Origin: Yuukianura sp. NJ FZ-2021
Lineage: Eukaryota
Length of the DNA: 64,000 nt
Assembly (NCBI GenBank): GCA_046563655.1
Contig: CM102287.1
Span: forward strand, 7,998,001-8,062,000
Reading direction: 5' to 3'
In this document: positions 22,589-46,100 of the stretch, one piece after another
Position numbering within the stretch: position 1 is the first letter of the stretch
Layout of the letters: the number at the start of each line of letters is the position of its first letter
The notes under the pieces: generated by a model
The model's input: the letters and a program-made list of their open reading frames with translations, nothing else
Told to the model about the DNA's origin: nothing
Database searches by the model: none
Position numbers and translations under genes: made by a program

Positions 22589-25500
22589 AGTGGGAGAAAA
22601 TTATGTTAAAACTTAATTAACTGAAAAATGCCATTATAGGAATGCTTCTAATAACTCTACAAAAAATTATCAATTTTTTTTTGGAAAATATATGAGAGAG
22701 ATTTGAGAGCTTTTTTTCAGTTTGTGCTTTTCTTTTCAAAAATTGCGTGATTGACAAGTAGGCTGAACTGAAAAGGAGAATGGAATATCCCTTTCCTGTT
22801 CTCTTGAAAGCATCTGCCATCATGGTTTCAACCACTTTCAGCCCCCATTGGCCATCTCGAATGGATTCCATTGCAATGACTTGCAAAACAACGCCATCAT
22901 CTGCCTTCACCATCCCTTTGGTCAACCGCTAAACCACAAATTCACAACAACATACTTCAAAACCTACCTTAACAAAGTAAAGTTAGCATTTTGATTCAAA
23001 ATATTTTTAAAGGCTGATAGTTTAGGTTTGGCTTGTTTCGCTTAAACTTCAGTTCAAGAGTTTGTCCGAAAACCGTAGACATTTCGTGTGTTCTCTGCTT
23101 GGTTGATTTGGCCTCGTCGAACTGTGTTTGAAATTGCGGATTCTCCAGGATCTAAAACGGGAAGTGATCAATAATCAATTTATCAAAGGAAAATCAACTC
23201 CGACTGGCGGTTGGCTGTCACTCAAGTTGGTTTTGTCCCTGTCTTCCCAACGCCTTTTCCAACTTTCTCCAAAGTGAAAGTCAAATAGGAAAGTTTCCAA
23301 GGAAAAGCTACGCAGAGGGGCCTAACTTTCATTAGTTGAAGTTAGCCTATAGTTAGGGTAGGGGAGCAAGAGAGTGAAAGTGGAAAGTGAATTGGATTGA
23401 CTTTTCCTCACTTTTCTAATTAATCCAACAATCTGCATTTATTCCTTCCACCACTACTCATTAGAGTCTCTTGTAATAAGTTTTTATAACTCTGCGGCAT
23501 GGAGAACAATGACCTGTTTCGATGAAATGTAAAACTTGGTCTAATATTGACTGTTTGGTTTGTAGGTTGGTTTGAGAACAGAGAATTTATATCCATGACC
23601 TTTGACCTCGATCCAACGCCATTGGTTAATTTCGAGTGAAGCCGCCAGGATGTTGGTTTTTTATTTCAGGTACGACGCCGAATTTTGCCAAAATATGTCG
23701 GAGATTTTTAAAATTTCGGTATGTTGACGTTTTTTTGCTGTGTCATTTGATACTTTCAAATTCAAGTGAACTGTAAAGTGTAGCATTAGGGTAGCAAATG
23801 TTATGTTGATCAAAGCCGACAAAGATGACTTTGATCCCACGGTTGGACGATACCCGAAACCGGGAGTTGCAATGATTATAATATTATAATAAATTTTAAC
23901 ACTACTATTTTATTATTAAAGTTTGCGTAACCAATCAAAAAGCATTGGTAGGCTGGGTATTTTGAATAACTTAAAACCACTAATGACAACAACGCAACTG
24001 GTGACTTTTTGACCTGGAAACGGCCGAATCTTGTGCCATTTTAAGCATGGCGATTAAGCTTGGCTTTCCGTTAGGTTGGCCTAACATGATTTCAACTGGT
24101 TAGGTTTAGCTTCAGTAGCTTTCCGGATACTGTTGGGCTAGAATGAAATTGAATACGAATTCCCTTCCTGTGACTGGATCTTCCTTGACACTTCGGATAT
24201 CCCATCCGCCTCTTCCTCTCTTCCGTGTCAATCTTCCTTCTGTGTCGATTGGCATTTGGGAAAAGTAAAGCCCAGCTTCCGAATCGCTTGAATTCCGATC
24301 CCCTATCTTCCCAAACTTTCTTCACAAGTTACACAAGAGTCGTGGTGAACAAACAAGCGTTTGGAGCCGTCAGTTGGTTCTAGAATTTCTAGAGATTGGT
24401 TGGCAGCTCAGCAGTGGTATTAGCACTCCTAGTACTGCCTAGTTTTTAAATGTTTTGGACCACTACTGCCAATATCCCCTTTGACTTGACTGATCGTCTC
24501 CCTCCTCCTGATGCTTCAGCCTTGGTGAAAGAGGAAGAAGGGGAAAGGCAATTTTATTCCGTCCTAAATTTGTTTTTGAGACGCAAGAGTGTGTAGAATT
24601 TTCCGTTCAATTTCGTCAGGACTTCAGACGCCGTGAGGCCTGTCAGAAAAGTTGAAAAAAGAAAACAATCCAAACGTCTTCCCCCTTCCACTGCTTGGGC
24701 TTTGTAGTTTTTAGATTCCTAAGGAGAAAGGGGAACTTGATAATATTATTTTCACTTTTAGAAAATTCATTCATCTTGTATGTGGTCTAAGGTTTACATT
24801 TTAGGTTTCTGGAAGGTTGAAAAAAATCAGCCATTTGGAGACAAGCTGTGATTTACACTTGTTTTTAAAGGGGAAAGTGAAAGTGAAAAAAAATGAATTT
24901 ACATAATTGTTTTCTGAAACACTACTCACTCTACCATCCACAACTTTCTCTTTTACTTTTTTCAAGTTTTTAAAATTCTCAAAAATCTGTTTCAAAAATT
25001 TCAACAAATTTTGTAGGAGCAAAACACTTCAAAATTTGAAAAAACTTTCACTTCCGATGTTTACCTTTCTCCAACTCAATACAACAAATGCTTTTTCAGA
25101 ACGCTTGTAAATAGAGTTTGACTGCTGTTTGTGCTAGATACGTTTAATAAAAATTTTGAAATAGTTCATTTTGAAAAAGGAAAAACATTTTTGAAAAAGA
25201 TTTGGTGCTTTTCTGTGACTAATTTGTCAAAAATTTCAAACAAGTAATTAATTTTCGCTCGAAGGGAAGGTTGAGCCTACCACTTTGTTCTTTTTCTGTA
25301 AATTCATTTACGAACTTCGCTTTTCAGTGGAAGTGTTTTCTATTTTTAGTGGGGAAAACTTAGGAGCGTTGTTCAGACCTTGGTGCGGACTCATGACATG
25401 CAATGTGATCATTAAGATCTGATTGAATTGCGAATTAAAGTTGTCCACTTAGGCAGGATTAGCGGTTAGGTTAGGCTGAAAAGCGGGTAGTTTGGTTATG

Positions 25501-28500
25501 TTATGTTGTGGATGGAATGGATTTGTTAAGGCGGAGGCTGTCAGTCTCTCTTCATGAGGAAGGAAGGCGAAGGCCTTCATCCATCATTTAATTTTTGAAC
25601 GGGAGAGTGACACACCGAGGCTTCCACTTTCTACTACCCGCTTTTCTGCATTTGAGTTTTAGACAAACTTAGAATCTACGTCTAGGAAGGACCTATATTC
25701 TCCCGGGTTTTCATTTCCATGCTTTCTGATCTTGTCATGTTCCCCTTCATTCCTCAGTGGAACTTTCAGAGTAACGCTGGAGCAGTAGCGCTGAATCACC
25801 GCAGCGCCTCTTAACTCGCTTCCAGCGCTAGTGCTTCGCCTGTTTGCTTTATTCCTTCCACCCCACCGGCGTTTAGTCTAAAATACCCGCGTCTCGGGAG
25901 ATTACAATACAATCCGATCGATCAAAATTTGACGCTTTCTGGCGAGGTTTCGTTTCAGCTTGGCTCTTCCTTCTCTTTTGGATGTTAGGTTGAACCTTCT
26001 CACAAAGGAAGTCTTTGGTCTTAATGGATTCTCAATCGAATCTGTCCATCAACTGACATGCTACAATTCGGACAGTCCCACCTCCACGGCCCCACCCACT
26101 TCCAAATGATGACCTGACCTAGAAAAAAAAGAAACAGAAGATGATTAATGTAGAGGAAGGAGGAAGTTAGCTTCTAATTCCCACTAATTCACGCTCTCTT
26201 CCGCTTTCAATCAGGATCCACGAGCCAAAATGAAGACAGCAGCAGTCAGACGGGTGACCTCTTCACTAACTTCTATACAATCGTGGTTACAGAAACTATA
26301 GACTCTATGTGTTAGCACATAATTAGTGTCAGCGTGACCTTTGACATTTGCTAAGATAAATTTTCGGTGATTTGTTGCTTTGTTTTGATACCCGGGAAAG
26401 TCAAGCTTGACCTGTACAAAGCGCAATTCGTATCAGGCAGGACAAGACATGTTCTTTTGTTTATGGATTTTTCTCTGCTGTTGCTTTGTTCAAACAATTT
26501 GAACATTCGCTCACATCGTTTTTGTTGAAAATCGAAATTTTAAATTTTGAAACCGTTAAACCTAACCAAAAAAATGTTTTGAAGAGCAATCTTTTTTTCT
26601 TTCGTTTATACTGAGCCTGAATGTTTTGAACGAGTAATTGGTCAGACTAATGATAAATGAAAAAATATTTGACAATGATCAAAGCAGTAAACTCTAATTC
26701 ATATTCTAAAGTACAGCGAAGTAATGATTTTGATTACTGAAGTAAATTGTAAATTCTTACAATTTTTTGAAATGCAAAAAAAAATTCTAAGTTTGTCAAC
26801 ATGTTTGGAATTTACACTACGAAAATTTAAACTAGAATTGAAATGATGAAGGTAACTAAAAGAAACTTGCCAAATTTTGAACGGCATAAAGTGAAATTGT
26901 GTCAGAATGCTCTCAAATCAAGTCTAAAAGTGCTCAATTTTGGATTGAGTTGGAAACGCAATAAAATGAATGAAAATGGTTGGGTAATGGGACTGAAATC
27001 TGGATAATGTTTTGGAAGTGTCACTTTATGTGGCTGTCTTTTTAAAGTACTTTTCTAAAAAAGTTGTAGTATTTGAAAAGTGAATTTAAAACGTGTCTTT
27101 TAAATTTCAAAAGAGAGTGCCTTATGATTTTCGTCTTGGATTAAGGGACGTTGAAGGGCACGTCGTCAGACCCTTAAAAGGGTTCCATTACCAAGGGACT
27201 CTATTCTAAAATTGGACATTTCTTTTACATAACTTGGTGACCTCTAAAACTCTTAAACATAACCTTGAGTTGCATCAATACCCGAAATTTTAAAAATTTA
27301 CAAAATTTTGTCAAAATCAAAAGCAATAAATTTTGAAAACAAGTCGTTAGGCTTAGGTTTTGCGTAATTTGACGGAGAATGACAGATTACTTGTCTCTCT
27401 TCCCCTCATAATGACGTGTTAACAACTTAAAAAGCTACCAACTTTCCCTTTCCTGCAATCAAACTTTCGTTTATTCTCGCAACACACACACACTTTAGTA
27501 TATCAGTTTAAAAATTATGGGTTTATAAACAGAAGCTATGTTTGAATTTTTAACAAATTGGACTGCACGGTAAGCCAGTTTGAACAGAGGCGATTTTTTA
27601 AATTCCAAAATAAAAAATTGGCACCCATTTTCATTCTTTTTCTGCTTGCAAATGTTTCCTATCTCTAAAACTTTTTTGAACAAGCTGGTTCGTTCAAACA
27701 GGTTTTATAAAGTGAGTTTTCATTTTGAATTGAAAGAGGCTTAGAAAATTTTTAGATCTTGAAAATCTACGCCCAGACGTTTAAGATGAAGAGGACCCAA
27801 CATTTATTTATAGATGAATGAGCGCTTCCTCTGAACAGTAGCGGCACAAGTGATGAAGTACAGGAAGCTTTTTTTAAAAAAGAAAAAAACTTGTTTTAAA
27901 ATTAGTTTGCAATTGGAACAGATCTCACTTTGAACAGGAATCTTTTTTACTCCTATGGTTCTTGATTCTGAATTGAATCCAAAGATCTCCCAAGTTCTCT
28001 TTTTAATTGGCCAAATTCTTATTCGAAAAAACATACAGTGTCAACTAGAAAATTCGAACAACGTGTTCTGCTACATCTCAATTTGGACTTTTTATAGTTT
28101 ATTTTATTTTTCAAATTAAAATTATATCTGTAAACTACGAAGAATGAAATTTTAATCTCAATTATCTTGTAATCCCAAGTTTTAGATTTTCAGAAACTAG
28201 ATTTTAAAAAATCGAAATTGGTTTTCGGAAATTCGGGTTGACTAGAAACTTAAGAAGAGTTTAGAATTTTCAAAATCAAAAATTGTTTGAAAATTTTTGG
28301 AACACTGTTATGCAAGTTTCTGAAATTGGCTATTTTTGAAATTTTAAAAAGTTAATGCTAGATGAAACCTTTATGAAAAAGGAAAAGTAAAAGTTAATTT
28401 AATAAATTAAGGTTTAGAGCTGTTAATGGTAACTAACTCGTGAACTAACTTGACCTTTGACCTTTTAACCTCCTCTAACCTTAGCATTTAAGAATCTGTA

Positions 28501-29360
28501 CAACGTCCGCATTAACTTTTTAAGCCTACTGAACATAAAACGTATACTCAATTACATCACATCACTCGAGAACTTAGAAATTTCCTTAGCAATTAATAAT
28601 CGTAATTAACTAAATTGTAATTAGCACAGTATAATTATTCTCTTTCCTTGTCGCTTTAACCACTTTTGGCGTTAAAATAATATTAAAAAAGAATTCCCCA
28701 ACTAAAAATCGTCCTTATGTTAAACTACATCGCTACAACTCTAAAACTTTGTTCTAAAATTTCTAAAAACTATTTGAATGAGATTCTTTGAATGTTGAGA
28801 CAAATGGATTTCTCCTAATACTTGTCCGTATACTGTTTCGTATATCGTATATTACAGCGCCCTAACTGATTCGGCAGCATTTTGCAGTGTTTTTGCCAAA
28901 ACTTGTTTTAAAAACTGAAATAAACTTGTGTTTTCTTTTTCTAAAAAATCTCAATGCCAATTCCATTTTCTAGGAGTGTTAGTTTTCTACTTTATCCATC
29001 AGAGTTAGTGAGTATTATAAACAGGTAAATTCTGGCCTTAGATTGACGAATGACGACGCAAGCGCAGAAGTGTGTGTTCCATCTTGCCGATTCGACTTGT
29101 GCGTTTGAAATGTCGTGGTGGTTCGCTGATGGCTTCAGTTTTGGAATGGGACTCCATTGTTGGAGGAGGGAAAAGTGGAGCTGAGGAGTGGCGTTTAGAG
29201 AGGCTCAAAATGGAGTCAAGGCCAACTACCGTCGCCTCTTTTTTTGAAATTTGAAAATGGGACAAACGTTAACTTAAAATTCGTATACACATTTTAATGA
29301 GGGGAGCACCAGGGCTGAAACTTAAAAGAATGGTGGGTTTTGGTGGGGCTAAAGTGGGTT

Positions 29361-36811
<7,451 letters not shown>

Positions 36812-39800
36812 TTTTTAGAAACTGTTTTGCATTCAAATTACTTTTTCAAAATATTGTTCAAAAAGTTCATTTGAACATGAAACGTCCTGCACAAAGTACA
36901 AACACTTCTGATTTTCTTTACGTCAACTCCCAACTTTCTCCACTTTTCACCCACGCCATTGTTCTTGGTTTTTTGAATTTTCTCCTTTTTGTAAAATTTC
37001 AAATTTCCACCAAAAAATTTTTTCTGAAAACTTAGAAATTTTGAAATTGGTGAAAGTGAAAGGAGTGAAAGCTTGAGCAGAGGGTGAATTGATCTGGTTG
37101 GACCTCAGGAGGAGAACTGGTTGGACTTGATGTAATTTCGTATGAATTATAGGCCTCCACCGAGGAGTGACTCTGACGAACTAGTCGTGAGTCTGAGCCT
37201 TGAGCGCACTTTTAATAGTACCACCACCACACACTATTTTTTGGTAATAGTTTTTTTGGAAATGTTTCAGAACGGAGTCCGTGGGTTTTAGTTCTAAGAA
37301 GACGACGACAAGAGCTTCAGTTTCCAAAGCACTGAAAAGGGATGAGACGAGTGAGAACCATGTGATCTCAACCCTCCAACCAGCCCAAACCTCCTTGCGC
37401 AACCAAAGAACAGCCAAAACCTCACATCAAGTCGCCTATTTGTAAGTCACTTACAAACTAACAGTCAGTCACTAACACACTCCCTCTAAGAAGTACTTTT
37501 TAAAAAAAATAGCACGAAAAAAAACTAATTTGGTCAAAAATTTACAAAAATTTACGGGTTAGTTGCAATTGAATCCATTTGGGGGTTGCTTCATCGTTGG
37601 AAACTGACAAAACTGTTTTTAGAAAATGATTTTGACAAAAACCCAAAACGGAGAAAGCACCGATTTGATTTGCCTGAATTGTTTTGTGCACAATCAAAAT
37701 CATATAAAATTTGAAATCAAAATTTCAAAAAAAATAGATTTCTCTTTTCCTTATGCTCAGGTTGGTTGAACTCAAAGTGAACTACGGGACTTGTTGCAAA
37801 ATTTGCTGCTGGAGTAATTCGAAGAAGAGTTATATGGCACAGAACCATGAAAAACTGACGGGTTTTTAATAGATACTTTTGGAACAGAGTTTAGCTTCCA
37901 ATTTGTCTGATTTGAAAAATTGTAAAATTGCACATGAAAAAGTGAAGATGCAATTGGAGTTTCACCCCTTTGAGCGTGAGGGGGTTGGTTTTTGGTGTGA
38001 GATTAGTATGGAGAGACGTATGTCTTGACTTTGGCAGTTCATAAATTTCATGGTGGTGTTTCTTGGAGGTTGGGGACGAGGGGGATGAGAAGATGTACAC
38101 TCAAGATCCCATGAATTTATTCCTCACCTAAACTTGTTTTTTTTAATAAAAACTCAAAGAAGCAAATAACACAAAGGATTACATTTTGGCGTAGATTTTC
38201 GTTAGGACATGACTCAAAATCTCATGTCATTTGCCAGGAAAACTCCAATATTCTCACCCTCATGACGCGATTCCAAACCGTGCGAACTTTTGCGAAAACT
38301 CGTCAAGGGAAATTCATTAATACTGAAAGTTTACAGGTAGTATACGTACATATATAGCCAAGATACTCCAAAAATAAATAATTTGCGTCCAGAAGCGATA
38401 CGAATTGGTCGTCCTTTGACCTCTGGTGACCTGGCGAGAACACTTCGCTATCCTGCCCTGAGGTCAAAGTTGAAACAAGAAATTAATGGTTAGAGGTAGG
38501 GTTTGGTTTTTGGAAAAGCGGGAAGGGTTGAAAAAGTCTGATCGAATTATGACGCGAGGAAGAAAGTGAAAGCGTCTTCCCGTGCAGTCGGAAGTGGAGG
38601 AACGATTCCCTGAACGAGCAATAATTTTTGGTAATAATTGTAATGGGTCTGAGCTTTCCCCTCACCCTTCACAGAACCAAGATCCACGATCATCTTGATT
38701 CAAGTTGACAAGGTCTCTTGCAATTTCTCAAATTCAGATCAAATCTTACAAAAAAGAATTCCACAAAACAAAATTCAAAAAACTCACAACTTAGAAAAAA
38801 CCCACAAGATATTCTGAATCGTGAATCATCCATTTTAAAACAGTATGATGTGGATGTCTAAACGAATTTTTAAACTTTTGATGAGATGAAGTGAAAGTTG
38901 TATTTGGATTTAAAATCAAGAGATTCTGGTTGTTTTCATCTTAGTTTTTGTACGTTTAGTTTGTTCCATCTTGTTTTATTTGAGTTTTTAGTACTCACCA
39001 TAACATAATCTTTGTAAGTTTTAGTGAAAGTGGATGGAAAGTGAAATGGAAGAAATCTGAATCTAAATTCAGCCTTCCATTAGTCATTCATTTGGAGTTC
39101 TTTCTCTGCTTTTCTCCTGTCTGTGGAATCTGTCAGAATTCCTCTTTGGATTTGGAAGGAAGCAGCCCCATCCTCCATTGTAATCGACAGAACTCTTCCA
39201 CTTTCCCTCCTACATAACCTAACCAGAAGGGCTCTTAATGCATTTCCATTCACTTTCCCCACTCTACCAGAGACTAATCTTTGTTTCTGAATTCTCAACT
39301 ACATTCTGAATGCTACTATAACATAGTAGTACTATGCCATAGGTTGGTGGGTGAGTGTCTCGGGACAGCGTAAAAGTGAAAGTGAAAAGTCCATTGTTGA
39401 CGAACTGTCGAGATAGGTAATTAATGGATTCCAGATGCCTCTGTCAACTGTTTGGCCCAAGGTGATTGATGAGGCTGGAGAAAGGAGGGGAACTTTGCTT
39501 TTCCTATCAAAGTTTCTTTTACCAAAAGCCATAATGTTGTATCGACAGAATTGATCTTTCGAAAAACTGGTACAATTGAAATTGAACGGCTCAGAGGAAA
39601 CAAAACAACTTCAAAATACTACATGCTATCAAACCAAGACTCCATAACCTCTTCTTCCAAAAAGTTCACCAAAATTCAAAAACATTAAATAATTGTTGTT
39701 GTTGCTTTGAAAAATTTAACACTTACCATATTCAATTTAGCCATGTTGGTCCAAAATACTAGGTATACACCATTTTAGGCGAATTCACGTGCAAGAGGGA

Positions 39801-40843
39801 ACTTGAAACTGAAAAAAAAATAACTTTCTCCAACTTTGCTCATACTATTTTCCAATCGGCGTTTTACCGATACTTTTTCAGCTCAAGAATTTGAAAATTT
39901 GAAAGTTCTTTTATCACTGCAGTGTTGAAAACGTATTTCAAAAGAGACAAATTTTTAGAAATTCGCAAGACCTCGGCTGTTTGAAGTTATTGTTGCGTGC
40001 TCGCCAATTCCTTTAGTTTAGCTAAAATTGATCCAGTTGCTGGTTGTGACGGACGTCTGGTTGAGACTGAACCAGAATTTTTAGAATTTTGAAAAGTGTT
40101 CGAAGGGTGCTTGTTGTTGTTTTGATTTGTTAGGTTTTATTGGTCTCATCCGCTTTTAGTCCGGATACTCACAAGGATCCACTTTGCCTAAATTCTACTA
40201 TATGGCCTTCTTGTGATCATAAACAAGAAAAACATTCACAGAATACGAAAGGTCAATCACTTCGCTTATCCTTCACAAATTATCGTTAAGCTTTAACGCA
40301 TCTCACTTTTGCGTTATACTTATAAGCGGATATAATTAAGAAGGATACAACCCGGATTGTGCAACTGGAGGAGCCTGTCGTCGTTTTCATAACTTTGGGC
40401 AGAATTTATTTTAAATGACGTTGAACTCAAGGCGCTGAAATCTGAAATGTGTTTTTGCTGAATACGACTTTATTGAAAAAAAAACAGCGAATAAGAACGA
40501 GGACTTTGGGCTTAAGTTAGGCTTACTTACGTTTAAGCATTGAGTGTAACTTCTAAATTTAGATTTTACAATGCAATGAAAGTAAAAGGTTTGAAATTGA
40601 CTTCAAGGTAAAAACAAACCAATAAATTAAAGTACCCATCCCTTTGTGAAGTCACCTGCTATGGGACTGCGGCCCTTTGCCCCTTCCAGGTCAATAAGAA
40701 TCATAAAACTAATTCAATTGTTCTCCGACTACACCCGATTTCACTGCAAGCTACTTACTTACTTAAATACTATTTGAAGCCAAGTTCTGGATCTGTGCAA
40801 CTGATGGATTTAGACTAGATTCTGTGTGTTCCAATTGTCATTG

Positions 40844-43179
<2,336 letters not shown>

Positions 43180-46100
43180 TGTCCAACCAGACTCAATCCA
43201 CGGTGATTTTGATTAGTTTTTTTTTAAAACTTTCTAAGAATTTTGAAAATTACTTTGAAATTTTAAAAATCAAGCTCCTCTATTTCGAGCAAAAGTTTTT
43301 CCGGGTAGTTCCGCCTGTCCCGACCTCATTGACACAAATGAAAGTGGCCAATGGACGTCCACATGCTTTTCACAAGTGAGTACTGCTAGGGCTGAAGGTG
43401 ACGTCAGTATTTTTGGGTCCAAATCCAAGGGATCCAAGGGCCGTTTTTCGGAGTGTTAGAATTGAATGAGGGTTTTTGGCATAAGGATTAAGTCCTGAAA
43501 TCATCATCCCTCAGCCTTTGGTTTTGCTCATATTGGATGGATGGTTGATCCCATTGTGAATCTTTCCGTCGTCGAGTCAATAGAAATCGGACCCTGCACT
43601 GGGCCCTGCTCTTCCTGTTTTCCTCCTAAGCACAACTGGCACAGTTTGTCACCAAAAGATATGCGGGAGTTAGGCCAGGGGTTGGTCATGGGCCCTTCGA
43701 CTCCATCTGGGGACGCTATGCAGGGGAAAACAAGGGCCTAAAACGCTCCGGGGGTTCGAATCTCCGTTCATTTGATCTGCCTACGCAGGATGTTTACTTT
43801 CTTCCTCTCGCTTTAACGCTGCACGTTTCAAATTCATTCTACTAATTCTAACTAGGCAGAATTCAACTTTAAACCAAGTTTCAGCTCGGAAAAACACTGA
43901 AGAGAAGTTTTCAGTAGTCAAATTTCAAATTTCAATCTCAAATTTTGATTTTTTTGTTGATTTTTTTCAAAATTTGGATTTGAATGGACTCTTAATTTTT
44001 CCCTGTTCACTATCAGATTACGATGAAGGTTCAAATCCAGTGGGGAAAGTCCTAGCCGCTTTCAATTTCCAATGAAACTTGGGGAGAAAAAGTTTTTCAT
44101 TAGCAAGAAAAATTAAACCATTTTTTTTCTTTTTGTAAGGGAAAGCATTTTTTTTTGTATTTTGATAAATGGAAATTTTTTCTCATCCGAAAAATGAATC
44201 TGAATTATCCACTTTTCACCCCAAAAAAATTATGAAATTGGGTTCGTTTCCATTTCAAATGCCTTCGCCATTGTAAATTGTCAAAGGCCGGAATCATTTA
44301 TTTGTCATTGACACTCCGAGTCACACCCTCATTCATCTCTGCATTATGCTTTTGCCCAGGAAATGTCTGATATCATTATTAAGTAATGGATGAAAAAAAC
44401 CAAATGCATATTACGCTTTGTGCAGTGCGTTGTGCATTAATTTTCAACTATTATGCTTCATTGAAGGCAGTCTAAACGTCTGCGGTCCAGCTGATAATTT
44501 TCCCTGTCGATTTTACATCAATTGAGCCATTTTCCCCCTGGAAAGGGAGCTAGATCGCTGTAAATTAATTTTGGAAGTGTAAAATTAACACTTAGAGGTG
44601 TGAAGTGGTTTAAGTAGATTTTAAGTGTTTTGCCACTTGTTAGATCCTAATCTTGTGCCTATGGCTTAAGAACCAAGGCAAAGGAGGTTGGGGAAGACTT
44701 TGGTGTGGTAGAGCTAAAGGCCCCACTATGAGAAAATATATGAGGCAATTGAATTTGACGTAATGGCCCCATAACCATCCAGAAAGTAAACTATGAACTC
44801 CCAGAAAGGGATACACCACCACTCTCTTCCAAAGCAAAACGAAAAGCGTCAGGTCATAAAGGGTAACAAACACGTTTCAAGCGTTTAGTGTAACGGATTT
44901 AGAAATAGGAACGGATTTGGTACTTGTGCTAACAAATAATTACTTTTACGCAACTCAATTACTTTCACCAATGTGGAATTATTTTCATCAAAACAAGTTA
45001 GAACGAGAATCCAGAAGCAAGGAAGCAACTAAAAATTTTAAATGTAAAAGATTCTGCTTTCCTTGCAAGAAAGATTTCACCGGAACCAAAAATATTCCAC
45101 TAAAAAAGTTACTAATTTTGAAAAACTTTTTATTTTATTACTTTGTTTGTTTGTTTTTTTTTTGAAATTTTGAGAAGTAACGTTTTCGTTGTTCGAAGGC
45201 GTTGCAAATCAAACTTTCACTTTTTCACATTACGGAACATTTACCTAACGTAACTTAGCATCTCTTACGCAACATTCCTCAAAACAAGCGCCTCTTACGC
45301 AACTTTTCATGTTATTTTGTAACTTTTTTTTTCTCGTTTTGAGTTGAATTTTGAATAGGAGATGAGGAGGATGAAAGTCATCAATCATGGCGGATATTGG
45401 CGGGTTCGGATCCCTTTAGATGTTAGAGATGGGAGAGTAGAGTGTGGCCCTAAGCTTAAGTGTGGCCTAGGTTAGGTTAGCCTACTCTCCAAGGTTCTGT
45501 GTAGATTAGAAGGTTGTTTGGGTGCCATTGGAGAAAGGCTTTCTTCATTCTGAGGCTGTGTCGGAGGATACGGCCATTTAATGATGGAAGGAACTTGAAT
45601 AGAAAAAGAGGGGGCCATGGACCCCTTAAAAAGTTTCCATTGAGGCCTTTGGCCGATGACGATTAACCATTTTGGTGAGGACCCCCAGATCAATTCAAAT
45701 CCCACTCTGACAGCTTTTATGTTTTAATGATGTTCGACGAGGTTTCGGTGTTCACTGAAACCGCAGTGCTAAAGTAAGGTTTAGGTTAGGCTGTCAATCC
45801 CAGGATAAATGGAACTCCTAAGGCTTGGACAAAAGAAACTGATTTTTGGAGGAATCGTGACCACTTTCAGGTCACACGCGTAACAAAAGCGGTCAAGGAA
45901 ATGCAAAATGGTTTCCAGAATTTTGTTTTCTGGTTGAACGAGCTAAAGTGAGTGAAGTGATTTGAATTTGGAAAAAGAAGAGGGTAGAAGTAGATGGGTT
46001 CTCATGCAGAAGATGCATCTGAGATCCAATTGAACCGAGGTCGTGATTAATGGATAGGAGCTGCCCTGGCCTTCACAAACTGTGGTCCATGGTGACAGGC

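Noticed and set aside
22600..29300. miR-10 hairpin expected between Scr and Dfd
   Set aside because: Neither ACCCTGTAGATCCGAATTTGT nor its reverse complement was seen by eye. GGTTCTAGA at ~24376 is only a short chance match to the 3p arm.
43745..43770. GGTTCGAATC tRNA T-loop/B-box-like motif
   Set aside because: No acceptor stem, D-arm or A-box could be built around it.
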